From the NCBI GenBank assembly GCA_030054135.1, contig JASGCN010000003.1:27758-85777 (forward strand): a stretch of DNA of 58,020 bases, read 5' to 3'. The notes under the pieces are model-generated. The model was not told where the DNA came from. It was given only the letters and a program-made list of their open reading frames with translations, and did not search any database. Source of the stretch: Alphaproteobacteria bacterium. GTDB taxonomy: Bacteria; Patescibacteriota; Minisyncoccia; Phycocordibacterales; JABAAK01. The position numbers were made by a program, and so were the translations under genes. Below, piece after piece: positions 30,143 to 40,013 of the stretch. Position 1 is the stretch's first letter. Every line of letters begins with the position of its first letter.

Positions 30143-32254
30143 CTATTCCCCTATGGTATCAAGTATACATGTAGAGATAAACGGCATTGCTGGAGTAAGT
30201 AACTCTAATTGTTCTTTCAAAATCATTCGCAAAAGAACTTTCCCACTTATGTGTTGTTCATTGTTAATTTTATATCTTTTTTTTATATCTTCAATTAAAA
30301 CATCACAATAGGTATGCCAAAAATAAGCATACTGTTTATCTGTAGCAATATGCACACGATATTCGTCATATTCTTGTATGATACTTTTTTCAATATCTTT
30401 CCATTCTAAGTATATTGCCATATCTGTTTCAGTGAGATCTGAGATATTTCCTGAAATGTTCTCCGTAAGTTCAAGCACAAAGCGAGTAGCATTCCATATT
30501 TTATTTGCAAAAAGTTTATACGCTCGTATTTTGTCTTCTCTTATTTTTATATCTATACCAGGAGCTGAACCAACTAACAGCGCCATTCTCATTGCATCGG
30601 TCCCATATTTTTCTGAAAGAACACGAGGGTCAATTGCATTCCCTAATGATTTACTCATTTTTCTTCCTTGCTCATCTCTTGCAATGCCATGAAGATAAAT
30701 TTTTTTAAAAGGGATCTCATTGAGTGCATAGAGTGACATCATAATCATTCTAGCAACCCAGAAGAAAAGAATGTCGTACCCTGTTTCTAGTATATCTATG
30801 GGGTGGTGTTTTTTCATTTTTTCTTTTGTGTGTGGCCAACCGAGGGTTGAAAATGTCCACATGCCTGACGAGAACCATGTATCGAGTGTGTCTGTATCTT
30901 GCACCCAGCCAGTTTCTGTTTTTTTGTCTACACCACAATATATGTCATTCCCTTTGTACCAGACAGGAATGCGGTGACCATATATAATTTGTCTTGAAAT
31001 ACACCAGTCTCTTAAATTATTTATCCAGTGGGTGTATGTACTTTCAAAATACTCTGGGATAAACTGAATACGATTATCTCCTTTTTGTAGTACACTTAAA
31101 AGAAGTTTTTTGAGAGTTGTTTTTTTCCCAAAATGATTAAATTCTTTATCCACCGCAACAAACCATTGTTCTTTTGGAAGTGGTTCAATAACTGCTCCTG
31201 TTCGTTCTGCTGTTGGAATTTGCTGAGTAACCTCTTCTTCTTTTATAAGAAGTGAATTTTTTTTAAGTTCTTCGATTACTTTTTCTCGTGCAACAAGTAC
31301 TTTGAGACCATCAAAGGATTCGTTGGTGTTACACATTTTCGCGTATTCGTTGACAACTTGTTTTACAGAAAGATTATGTCGTTCTTTAATTTCCCAATCG
31401 GTCATGCTGTGCGCCGGAGTTACCCCCAATGCCCCCGTGCCGTATTCTTTGTCTACTTCTTTGTCTGCTATCACCTGCAGTGTAATTGGCACACCACAAA
31501 AAGTAACACTAAATATTTTTCCGATATAGTGAGTGTATCGAGTGTCTTTTGGATTAACTGCGATAGCGGTATCCCCAAATTTTGTTTCAGGACGAGTGGT
31601 TGAAATAGGGATTGGTATATCTTTGTGGTAATAAAATGTATACAAGGTCCCAGTTCTTTCTTCAAGAATTATTTCATCGTCTGAAATAGTGGTTTGTCCT
31701 TTTGGATCCCAGTTAATGACCCGTGCACCGCGATAAATCAAACCATCATTATACATTCGAACAAACATTTCTTTTACAGATGTGTTTCTATCATCATCAA
31801 GAGTAAATGCAAGGCGTGTCCAATCCAAAGAAGCACCAAATGCTATCAATTGTTCAATGATAGTTTTTTGTTTTTCTTTCGCAAAAGTATCGACCATGTT
31901 AAAAAAAACTTCTTGACTATAATCGTGTCTTGTTTTGCCTTCTTTTTTTGCAATTTCTTTTTCAACCAATGTCTGAGTTGCGATGGCAGCATGGTCTGTT
32001 CCAGGTATAAATAATACCGAATACCCTCTAAAACGTTTGTACCTCGCCATTGCGTCCTCTATTGAAAGCATAACCGCATGACCCATGTGTAATATTCCAG
32101 TTACATTCGGTGGTGGAAGCACCATAGTAAAAATTCCTTTTGTATTCTCAGCTTCATTGTATGTGTATGTGTTCTCTTTGTGCCATTTTTCTGCAAGAGC
32201 TTTTTCATGCTCAAGGTGATTATACGGACGAGTAAACATTTCTGGAATTGCCAT
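30143..32254 (-). CDS. valS: Valine--tRNA ligase (short form)
   Basis: PPPNVTG, HMGH, DWCISRQ, DTWFSS, KMSKS; no C-terminal coiled coil. Confidence 0.96.
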   Translation of the reverse strand: MAIPEMFTRPYNHLEHEKALAEKWHKENTYTYNEAENTKGIFTMVLPPPNVTGILHMGHAVMLSIEDAMARYKRFRGYSVLFIPGTDHAAIATQTLVEKEIAKKEGKTRHDYSQEVFFNMVDTFAKEKQKTIIEQLIAFGASLDWTRLAFTLDDDRNTSVKEMFVRMYNDGLIYRGARVINWDPKGQTTISDDEIILEERTGTLYTFYYHKDIPIPISTTRPETKFGDTAIAVNPKDTRYTHYIGKIFSVTFCGVPITLQVIADKEVDKEYGTGALGVTPAHSMTDWEIKERHNLSVKQVVNEYAKMCNTNESFDGLKVLVAREKVIEELKKNSLLIKEEEVTQQIPTAERTGAVIEPLPKEQWFVAVDKEFNHFGKKTTLKKLLLSVLQKGDNRIQFIPEYFESTYTHWINNLRDWCISRQIIYGHRIPVWYKGNDIYCGVDKKTETGWVQDTDTLDTWFSSGMWTFSTLGWPHTKEKMKKHHPIDILETGYDILFFWVARMIMMSLYALNEIPFKKIYLHGIARDEQGRKMSKSLGNAIDPRVLSEKYGTDAMRMALLVGSAPGIDIKIREDKIRAYKLFANKIWNATRFVLELTENISGNISDLTETDMAIYLEWKDIEKSIIQEYDEYRVHIATDKQYAYFWHTYCDVLIEDIKKRYKINNEQHISGKVLLRMILKEQLELLTPAMPFISTCILDTIGE

Positions 32255-32298
32255 ATAATAATAATAGCTTAAACAAACACATCAAGCTAGAGAATGCT

Positions 32299-32844
32299 CT
32301 AATTAAGTACTTTTTTTGCTATTCTAACTCGTTCTGCGCGTGTTCCAGAAACAACTATTAATGAAAATTTTTTATGTGCTGAAAGTGTGACGAGTGTTTC
32401 TATAAAAATAGAATTTACTGCATCAATATAGACTGGGTCAATGTCTCTATTTTCTTTTGGTTCTATATACAAAGAAACAGCACTTGGTATAAAAAAATAA
32501 TGATCAATGAGTGAAATGTGCTTAGATAGTATTTCAAATGTTTCTTCTACACATGTTTGAGTAATGTTTCCAGAACGATGTGCCCACACAGTATAGACAT
32601 AGTTATCAATTAAACACCTATCCATGATGGTATTATCTTGTAATTCAACAGTACTCTTTACAAGTAAGTCTCGTATTACTATTTGAGTAGATTCTGTCGT
32701 TTGTTTGTTAATTGGTAAAGCAAGTTCTCTAATTTTATCTCTATATGTTTCTTTTTCGGTAGAAAGAAATGGGAATGTTTGTATGATATCTGAAATAAAA
32801 GTACTTTTCCCAGTATTCTGTGCTCCGAGTACGGCTATTTTCAT
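32299..32844 (-). CDS. P-loop nucleotide kinase-like protein (AAA_28/NadR-like)
   Basis: Walker A GAQNTGKST at N-terminus; MDRCLID motif. Confidence 0.75.
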   Translation of the reverse strand: MKIAVLGAQNTGKSTFISDIIQTFPFLSTEKETYRDKIRELALPINKQTTESTQIVIRDLLVKSTVELQDNTIMDRCLIDNYVYTVWAHRSGNITQTCVEETFEILSKHISLIDHYFFIPSAVSLYIEPKENRDIDPVYIDAVNSIFIETLVTLSAHKKFSLIVVSGTRAERVRIAKKVLN

Positions 32845-32859
32845 ATTACTAGTATACCC

Positions 32860-34548
32860 CTACATTTCATCCACCGGTTGGAGTGCGAGCGCATAGATAC
32901 ATTGTTCAAGAACTGCAATTGTTGCCACAACAAGAACTATCTTTGATGCAGTATTTTTTTGATTCAAAATTGGTTCAGAGGCATACCACGTATTAAAATA
33001 TTTTGCGAGACCAAATGTATACTTAGCAACAATGTGAGGAGAGCGCGTTTTATATGCCGAACGGATACATTCTCCAAAATGTAAAAGGTGCTTTCCAAGG
33101 TCATGGCTTTTTTCACTTCCAATGTAGATATCAATATCAGTTTCTTTAAATGAAGAATCGTGTACAATTTTTTTAGCGCGAGTAAGTGTGTAAAGGATAT
33201 ATGAGCCAGTTTCTCCCTCAAGGTCAGTTTCTTTGTTCGCGTCAAATATAATATCTTTTCCAACGGTGTGTTTAAGAATGTTGTATTTAATAGCTGATAT
33301 TGCGATACATTCTAATGTATGTTCTGAAAGATTTTTTTGATTAGTTTTTGCTTTTGCATTGATTTCATCTTTGAAAATGTCAATCATCTTTTCTGCTGAA
33401 AACACATCCCCTGTGCGTGAAGACATTTTCCCAGTGGGTAATTTCATAACACCGTGAGCAATGTGAAGACACTTTTCAGCATACGAAGTGAGAGATGGAA
33501 TTCGTTTCATTACGGAATACACTACACGCATATAATCTATTATTTCATTTGCAGACACAGTAATACTCACACTAATATCTGTGTATTCTTTATTTTTTAA
33601 TTGAGCAAGCCCTAATTCTTTTGCTTCGTATGTAGGAATTCCCATACTATTTACAAACACACGTGTTTGAACCTCATTTTCTTCTTTGGGAGAAATGATA
33701 GCACTGGTATCTTTTTTAAATACAGAATTGTTTTTTGATAATACATCTTCAACCAAAGAAAGCCCTATTGACCCCGTTTCACTTTCAAAATAATAACGAT
33801 TAAATTGAGTGCCCAATTTTTTGTACAAGGTTTCAAATGCTGAAAGAGAAACTTCTCTTCCTTTTTGGTATAGATCTTGAACTATTTGATTATTTTTTTT
33901 ATACAACGCCATGTTTATATTTTCAATCTCTTTTTTTGCTGTTTCATCGTCTCGATATGCTCGCGCTCCTTCTGCGTACGCAAGTCCCACAAGTGGTGGA
34001 GTAAGTTTTTCTCCATTAAATTTATTCATAAGCGCCCACACAGCAGATGCAACGTGAATACCAATGTCTCCCTGGTAATTAACTTTATACACTTTGTTTC
34101 CCATCATTTCAGAAATTCTGGCGGTTGACTCCCCTATAGCGTTTGACATTAAATGTCCTATATGCATTTCTTTAAATGGATTGCACCCAGTGTATTCAAC
34201 AAGTTCAGAATTGTGTGTTGGTTCAATGTGTTTATTCTCCTTCATATCATTAAAAAGTTCTGCAATTTCTTTAATAAAAAAAGAGTCATTAAACACTAGA
34301 TTGAGATAAATTCCAGATCGTTTTATTTCAACAGTAGAATTATAATTTTTTATTTCTTTCTGTATACAAGAAATACAATATTCCTCTGCTGAGTCAATTG
34401 AACAGCTTCTTTTTTTTGCAACCATTTGTAAAGAAATTGCAATGTGACTTTCATTTGAAAGATGTTGCGGAGGAATAGAAAACCAATCTTCACTATTCAA
34501 ATCATTGCATGCTACAATAAGAAATTTTGTGATACCGTATAATTTCAT
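32860..34548 (-). CDS. argS: Arginine--tRNA ligase
   Basis: NPFKEMHIGH, NYQGDIG, KMSSRTG, GSYILY. Confidence 0.95.
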   Translation of the reverse strand: MKLYGITKFLIVACNDLNSEDWFSIPPQHLSNESHIAISLQMVAKKRSCSIDSAEEYCISCIQKEIKNYNSTVEIKRSGIYLNLVFNDSFFIKEIAELFNDMKENKHIEPTHNSELVEYTGCNPFKEMHIGHLMSNAIGESTARISEMMGNKVYKVNYQGDIGIHVASAVWALMNKFNGEKLTPPLVGLAYAEGARAYRDDETAKKEIENINMALYKKNNQIVQDLYQKGREVSLSAFETLYKKLGTQFNRYYFESETGSIGLSLVEDVLSKNNSVFKKDTSAIISPKEENEVQTRVFVNSMGIPTYEAKELGLAQLKNKEYTDISVSITVSANEIIDYMRVVYSVMKRIPSLTSYAEKCLHIAHGVMKLPTGKMSSRTGDVFSAEKMIDIFKDEINAKAKTNQKNLSEHTLECIAISAIKYNILKHTVGKDIIFDANKETDLEGETGSYILYTLTRAKKIVHDSSFKETDIDIYIGSEKSHDLGKHLLHFGECIRSAYKTRSPHIVAKYTFGLAKYFNTWYASEPILNQKNTASKIVLVVATIAVLEQCIYALALQPVDEM

Positions 34549-34573
34549 ATCAACAGTATAACAGAAAATATTT

Positions 34574-34649
34574 TGGAGCCACCTGTCGGGCTTGAACCGA
34601 CGACCTGCCGTTTACAAAACGGCTGCTCTACCAACTGAGCTAAGGTGGC
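34574..34649 (-). tRNA. tRNA-Thr(TGT)
   Basis: Reverse complement GCCACCTTAGCTCAGTTGGTAGAGCAGCCGTTTTGTAAACGGCAGGTCGTCGGTTCAAGCCCGACAGGTGGCTCCA. Confidence 0.98.
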
Positions 34650-34692
34650 AATAAAATTAGTATAACATCATCTTTTGAAGTACGCTAATATA

Positions 34693-35055
34693 TTATTCAG
34701 ATCTCTTTATAGAGGTAAGAAATGTTCTTTGTGTGTGCGCATGTTCTGAAACTGCTTCTTTGGTATAGGCACCAGTATGTATACGAATAATTTTTTTCTT
34801 CACAACCTGAATGGTGGAAGTAACTTTTGGGGTTACTAATTCTTTTTTTGCCACTCCTAATTTAAAGGTTATATACTTTACTCCTAATAATACAAAAGAT
34901 TTTGATTTTGTATATAGTGCTTCGATACCAGTATTTAACTGTTCGCGAACACTTGTTCCGATGTGAATATTCCATTTATATTCACACAAAATAATAATTG
35001 CATATACGAGATATATTGCGAGAACCACAAAAGAAAAAATGAAAAAATATGCCAT
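34693..35055 (-). CDS. Hypothetical protein with N-terminal TM helix
   Basis: 120-aa ORF directly after tsf. Confidence 0.65.
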   Translation of the reverse strand: MAYFFIFSFVVLAIYLVYAIIILCEYKWNIHIGTSVREQLNTGIEALYTKSKSFVLLGVKYITFKLGVAKKELVTPKVTSTIQVVKKKIIRIHTGAYTKEAVSEHAHTQRTFLTSIKRSE

Positions 35056-35056
35056 A

Positions 35057-35638
35057 CTAAATTGAAAACACTACTACCCGTCCAATTTCTATTCGCTCTC
35101 CAAATTTTTGGGTTGCCTGTTCTATTTTTTGTTGTATAGTGAAAGAATCATCTTTTACAAATGGTTGTTCAACAAGAACGACTTCACGAAGTCGTACAGC
35201 TAATTTCCCAGAAAGAATTTTATCTTGTATGTCTTTTGGTTTCGAAGTATCAATGTCAACTGAAAGCTCTTGAGTTATTTTCTCCATAAGATCCTCCGCA
35301 ATCTCTTTTTTATGCACATATAGTGGGCGCATTGCTGTTGCATGCAATGCAATATCTCTTGCCAGAGTAATAAATTCTTCATTACGAGCAACGAAATCTG
35401 TTTCACATAATAATTCAACAAGAGCGCCTGTCTTCAATGTATTGTGAATGTAACTTTGCACTACTCCTCCCCCGAGAGTTCGGTCAGATTTTTTTTGTGC
35501 TGCAATTGCTCCTTTTTGTCTTAAAATGTCTTTTGCTTTTTCAAAATCACCATTTGTTTGTTCGAGTGCCTCCTTACATTTGCTAATTGAGATATTTGTT
35601 TCATCTCTCAATTTTTTTACATCATCAATGGTAATCAT
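35057..35638 (-). CDS. tsf: Elongation factor Ts (short form)
   Basis: VKKLRDETN..CKEAL, ELLCETDFVA, KFGERI. Confidence 0.96.
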   Translation of the reverse strand: MITIDDVKKLRDETNISISKCKEALEQTNGDFEKAKDILRQKGAIAAQKKSDRTLGGGVVQSYIHNTLKTGALVELLCETDFVARNEEFITLARDIALHATAMRPLYVHKKEIAEDLMEKITQELSVDIDTSKPKDIQDKILSGKLAVRLREVVLVEQPFVKDDSFTIQQKIEQATQKFGERIEIGRVVVFSI

Positions 35639-35646
35639 ACAATCTA

Positions 35647-36348
35647 TTATTCTTTGTGAGTTGCTCCTTTTTTATATGCATCAACAATATATGAGAGCAT
35701 TTGAGTCACAGAAGTTCTTGAAGTGGTATTCACTGGGATTGGATGTGAAAATAATTTAATATTCATATCTGCATTTGTTATCGCAATGATAGGTATATTG
35801 AGATCGGATGCATCTTTAGTTGCAATTGCTTCTTTTTTAGGGTCGAGAATGCAAACAACATCTGGCACGTGTTGCATATCTCTCACTCCCCAAAATTTTT
35901 TCTTGAGATTTTGTAATTCGCGATTCAAAAGAACAATTTCTTTTTTTGTGTATTTTTTCCACACATTGTTCTCCTGGTCAGAAATCATAGTGTTCATATC
36001 ATCAATTCTTTTTTTAATATTAGAAAAATTTGATAAAAGTCCTCCTGTCCAACGAGTTGTCACATACGGCATATAAATACTTTTTGAAAATTCTTCAACA
36101 ATTGAAGACGATTCTGGTTTTGTTCCTATAAAAAGAATTTTTTTTCCTTGTTTCCCTAATTGTTCAACATAACTTAATGTTTTTTGCATTACTGGAATTG
36201 TTTTTTCTATATCAAAGACCATAACACCTGTCGCATGAGCCCCCACATATTGTTTCATTGATGGGTGTAAATTTTTCTTTAACACAGCATATTGCGCACC
36301 TACATCCATGAGGGTTTCTTTGTTAATGGCCATAGTTTGAGTCGACAT
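35647..36348 (-). CDS. rpsB: 30S ribosomal protein S2
   Basis: HPSMK, LFIGTK, RWTGGLLSNF, IPVN; start reset to ATG 36348. Confidence 0.96.
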   Translation of the reverse strand: MSTQTMAINKETLMDVGAQYAVLKKNLHPSMKQYVGAHATGVMVFDIEKTIPVMQKTLSYVEQLGKQGKKILFIGTKPESSSIVEEFSKSIYMPYVTTRWTGGLLSNFSNIKKRIDDMNTMISDQENNVWKKYTKKEIVLLNRELQNLKKKFWGVRDMQHVPDVVCILDPKKEAIATKDASDLNIPIIAITNADMNIKLFSHPIPVNTTSRTSVTQMLSYIVDAYKKGATHKE

Positions 36349-36388
36349 GCATATATCATAACAAAAGAAACTCCTATATACAAGTAAT

Positions 36389-37360
36389 CTATTCTTCCTC
36401 TGAATCCCCCATTTCACCCTTCTCCAGTGCTTCACAAATTTGAGCTATATTTCCAGAAAGAATTTTAGGAATTCCATACCAGCTCTGTTTAATTCTATGA
36501 TCAGTGCAACGATCTTGTGGAATATTATATGTCCTTATTTTTTCAGATCTATCTGCGGTTCCGATTTGCAATTTACGAATATCAGCGTGTTCTTTGTGCT
36601 CTTTTCTTCGTATATCATCTTCTATTTTTGCACTTAATATCTGCATTGCTCGTTCTTTATTTTTTTGTTGACTTCTTTCTTCAGTACACTTTACTTCAAA
36701 CCCACTTGGTAGATGCACAATACGAACTGCTGTTTCTCTTTTGTTGACATTTTGACCTCCTTTACCCCCCGCACGAGCAGTTTCAATTAAAAGATCTTCT
36801 GGCCGAATCACAATTGTTGAATGTGCTTTAAGTGGAAGCACTGCGACGGAAGCGGTGGAGGTGTGCACTCTTCCATTTTTTTCAGTAGATGGGATCCGCT
36901 GCACTCTATGCACTCCTGTTTCAAATTGCAACCCTTCGAAAACACCTTTTCCTTTTAATCCTAAAGAAACTTCTTTTATTCCACCTATTCCATTTTCACT
37001 TTTGTAAATAATATGCCATTCCCATCCCTTACTATCTGAATATTTTTGATACATATGAAGTAAATCAGACCCAAACAATGCGGCTTCATCTCCTCCAGCA
37101 CCTGCACGAATTTCCATAATTGCCTCATGTATTGCTTGCCCTTGTACTGTATTTTTTGATTGAATATTAACCAACTGAGTTTCAAGTCTGGTTAATTCTT
37201 CAGAGAGTTGTGTTCTTTCTTCTTCAACAAGTTCAGCAAGCTCTTTGTCTTGTATTACATTTAATTCAATCAACCGTTGTGCACATTTTTCATATTCTCC
37301 CGCAAGATATGCAGTGGTGTGATTTTTTTTAAGCTCAGAGAGCTCTTCCTCTTGTAGCAT
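36389..37360 (-). CDS. prfA: Peptide chain release factor 1
   Basis: EIRAGAGGDEA, HRVQRIPSTE (PxT = RF1), GGQ, RSEKIRTYN. Confidence 0.95.
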   Translation of the reverse strand: MLQEEELSELKKNHTTAYLAGEYEKCAQRLIELNVIQDKELAELVEEERTQLSEELTRLETQLVNIQSKNTVQGQAIHEAIMEIRAGAGGDEAALFGSDLLHMYQKYSDSKGWEWHIIYKSENGIGGIKEVSLGLKGKGVFEGLQFETGVHRVQRIPSTEKNGRVHTSTASVAVLPLKAHSTIVIRPEDLLIETARAGGKGGQNVNKRETAVRIVHLPSGFEVKCTEERSQQKNKERAMQILSAKIEDDIRRKEHKEHADIRKLQIGTADRSEKIRTYNIPQDRCTDHRIKQSWYGIPKILSGNIAQICEALEKGEMGDSEEE

Positions 37361-37363
37361 ACT

Positions 37364-37630
37364 TTATTGTGCACTAGAATCTGTCTTTTTTCTTTTTGCC
37401 AATTTTGCTTTAAATCTATCAACTCTTCCTGCTGTGTCAATAACATGATCTTTTTTAGTATAGAACGGGTGAGATGCAGAAGAAATTTCAACAGCAATAA
37501 CATAATGCTTTACCCCATTTATTTCTTCAGTAACATCTGTTGTCAAAGTTGAAAATGTGGAAAAATCGACCTGCGCAGTTCTATCTCTGAATATAACTGG
37601 ATTGAGTGGTGTGTGGATTTCTTTTTTCAT
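37364..37630 (-). CDS. rpmE: 50S ribosomal protein L31, type B (Cys-free)
   Basis: MKKEIH, EISSASHPFYT, DTAGRVDRF. Confidence 0.95.
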   Translation of the reverse strand: MKKEIHTPLNPVIFRDRTAQVDFSTFSTLTTDVTEEINGVKHYVIAVEISSASHPFYTKKDHVIDTAGRVDRFKAKLAKRKKTDSSAQ

Positions 37631-37657
37631 ACAATCAATACAGTATCACAGTACACT

Positions 37658-39310
37658 TTATTGTGAGATAAAGTCAAGATCACGTTGAAATGATTGTGCA
37701 TTTGCAAGCACCGCACGGCAATAAGATAATGCCACCGCACTTCCCCAATTTCCTCCTGCGTAATATCTTCTTGCCGCTTTACATTCATCTTGATTGGCAC
37801 CCAACTCTACTAAATAAATCGCTGAAACCATCAATGCGTCTCGTGCAGACCATGGATTGGAAATACCCGTACCTCCAGTGTATCTTCGTATAACATCGGA
37901 TGATGCTCTGTACTCCCACGGGCCAACAGCAAATGCGTACTCATTGATTGCATTGCGGGTAACTGTTGAAACCTTTCCTGTTCCTTTTGAATACCCACTC
38001 GGATAGAGTACACGTTTTGCAAATTTTTCTTGAAAGCGAGATACTGCTTGAGCAACAAGTTCTGTATACTCATATGTTTCATTTCCTGGAGAGTGAGCAC
38101 CCTCTTGAGTAATAATAAATCCATGTTCATTTAAAAATTTTTGCAATCTATACACTTGTGTTCCATTTGACCCAATGCTCAAATCTTCTTTCGTGGTAAG
38201 TATATCATTGCTAGATATTTTATTACATCTTCCTGTTTTTGTATTTATAAATCCACCGTAACACACCCACGTTGATGGAATAAATTGGGCAGGCCCCATA
38301 GCTCCCCCCCATCCAAACCCAGGGTTGGCAGAAACTTTTGTTGTATCAGGATCAAGTCCAAGTGCTTTTGTAATAAAAGGAAATATTGGCGCATCGCGAG
38401 TTGGATGCGTATCTTTGTACCAATATCCTGTTCCTACATTTTTTCCCAAATCTGATTCATGTTTAATGAGCCCGAGTAAAAATGCTGGGCGGATACCTGT
38501 TTTTTCATGTGCAACTTTTGCAAATGCCAATGCATCTTTGAATTGAATAGGACCAGCGCCTCGTAAAGTAAATAACCTATTTTGAATATCAGCAATTCTT
38601 TGAGCTCTGGCAGAAATACTTGTCGTGATTTTCTTTTCAACTTCCTTTTGTAAATTGTATACTGATTCTTTTTCTTTTTTCTTTTCTTCCACTTGCTGTT
38701 TAAAGACAATTAATTGTCTTTTTGCATACTCTTCTTCAACTCTTTTATCAGAAAGATTTATAATATTTTCATTTAATTGATGGGTAATCTCATTTATTTT
38801 TTTGATTGAAGACTCAAGTTGGGAGTTGATAGATTCGTAGTCGTTAATTCTATCAAAAAATGAAGACAGTAGGTTTTTAGAAAGAAGTGTTGGAATAATC
38901 CCCCGCCGTTCTTGTGCATCAATACGACGGACAAGTTCAGCATATAAACTCTGCTCGGTTTCTAATTTTTTTCTTAATGTATCAATACTTTCCCTTTTTT
39001 CTCCAATTTCGTTATTTAATCGTTTGATTTGCAACTCAGATGTTTTTACTTCAATTTGAGCTTTCGTTGCTTCTTTGGCAATGACCTGTATTTCTGTTTT
39101 TGTTTTTTGGCTAAATCCTTTTTGTTTTTCAAGTTCTTGTTGTTCTTTTTGAATAATATCTTGACATGCTTCTAATGCTCGTTGTAATTCGTATTCATCT
39201 GTTGGTAAATTATCTGTACAATCATACGCGTACACTGGTATGTGTATTACATATGCACTAATAATAAAAAAACAAATAAAGAAAAAATTACTTACTCGCT
39301 TCATCATCAA
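37658..39310 (-). CDS. Secreted coiled-coil lytic transglycosylase (SLT-type) with peptidoglycan-binding domain
   Basis: Signal/TM, long coiled coil, KHES catalytic Glu, GAMGPAQFIPSTW, NPW...A.YL, YYAG. Confidence 0.85.
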   Translation of the reverse strand: MMMKRVSNFFFICFFIISAYVIHIPVYAYDCTDNLPTDEYELQRALEACQDIIQKEQQELEKQKGFSQKTKTEIQVIAKEATKAQIEVKTSELQIKRLNNEIGEKRESIDTLRKKLETEQSLYAELVRRIDAQERRGIIPTLLSKNLLSSFFDRINDYESINSQLESSIKKINEITHQLNENIINLSDKRVEEEYAKRQLIVFKQQVEEKKKEKESVYNLQKEVEKKITTSISARAQRIADIQNRLFTLRGAGPIQFKDALAFAKVAHEKTGIRPAFLLGLIKHESDLGKNVGTGYWYKDTHPTRDAPIFPFITKALGLDPDTTKVSANPGFGWGGAMGPAQFIPSTWVCYGGFINTKTGRCNKISSNDILTTKEDLSIGSNGTQVYRLQKFLNEHGFIITQEGAHSPGNETYEYTELVAQAVSRFQEKFAKRVLYPSGYSKGTGKVSTVTRNAINEYAFAVGPWEYRASSDVIRRYTGGTGISNPWSARDALMVSAIYLVELGANQDECKAARRYYAGGNWGSAVALSYCRAVLANAQSFQRDLDFISQ

Positions 39311-39944
39311 TCACAGGTTCTTCTTTTTTACCTTTGGTACTTGAAGATTCTATTTTTTCTGGATCGAATGCAACAGGGGTTTCTTCTATTGATTCTTCAA
39401 CATGAGGAACAATTGAAATAACCACTTCTGATTTTTCTGGCTCTACAAGTTCAACACCAGTTGGTAATGTAATATCTCCTGCAAGAATATGTGAATTCAA
39501 TTCAGTTAACGATTCAACTGACACATCAATGTGAGACGGGATATGCTGTGGAAGAGCCTTTATCAATATCTCACTATGAATAATAGTTAGAATACCGCCA
39601 AGTTTTACTCCTGGGGCTTCTCCAACTGGCATCAACGGTACATGATGTTCTACCGCATGTGTCGTATCTACAAAAAGAAAATCTACATGGCGAATTGTTC
39701 CTTGTACTGGGTCATAATCAACTGCGTGCATAAGCACTTTACTTGATATATCTCCTTCAGTTTGAATCAATACTGATGATTTTTTTATAACGCGAGCAAG
39801 TTCTCTTGAATCAACTTGAAAATTTTGTGCTTCTTTTTTTAATCCATAACACACTACTGGTATTATCCCTTGACTTCGTAAAGCATGCACCCCCTTGCCG
39901 AGTACAGTTCTTTTTTTAAGTGTAATAGTTGGAGTAGCTTCCAT
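39288..39944 (-). CDS. rplY: 50S ribosomal protein L25 (long, CTC type)
   Basis: LR..GIIPVVCYG, HVDF, GVKLGG, ALPQHIP; start reset to ATG 39944. Confidence 0.93.
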   Translation of the reverse strand: MEATPTITLKKRTVLGKGVHALRSQGIIPVVCYGLKKEAQNFQVDSRELARVIKKSSVLIQTEGDISSKVLMHAVDYDPVQGTIRHVDFLFVDTTHAVEHHVPLMPVGEAPGVKLGGILTIIHSEILIKALPQHIPSHIDVSVESLTELNSHILAGDITLPTGVELVEPEKSEVVISIVPHVEESIEETPVAFDPEKIESSSTKGKKEEPVIDDEASK

Positions 39945-40013
39945 ATATAGCGTATCATAACAAAGCAATGAAATAACAGCAATAGCCCCCCATACCCATG
40001 ACAGCACAATATA

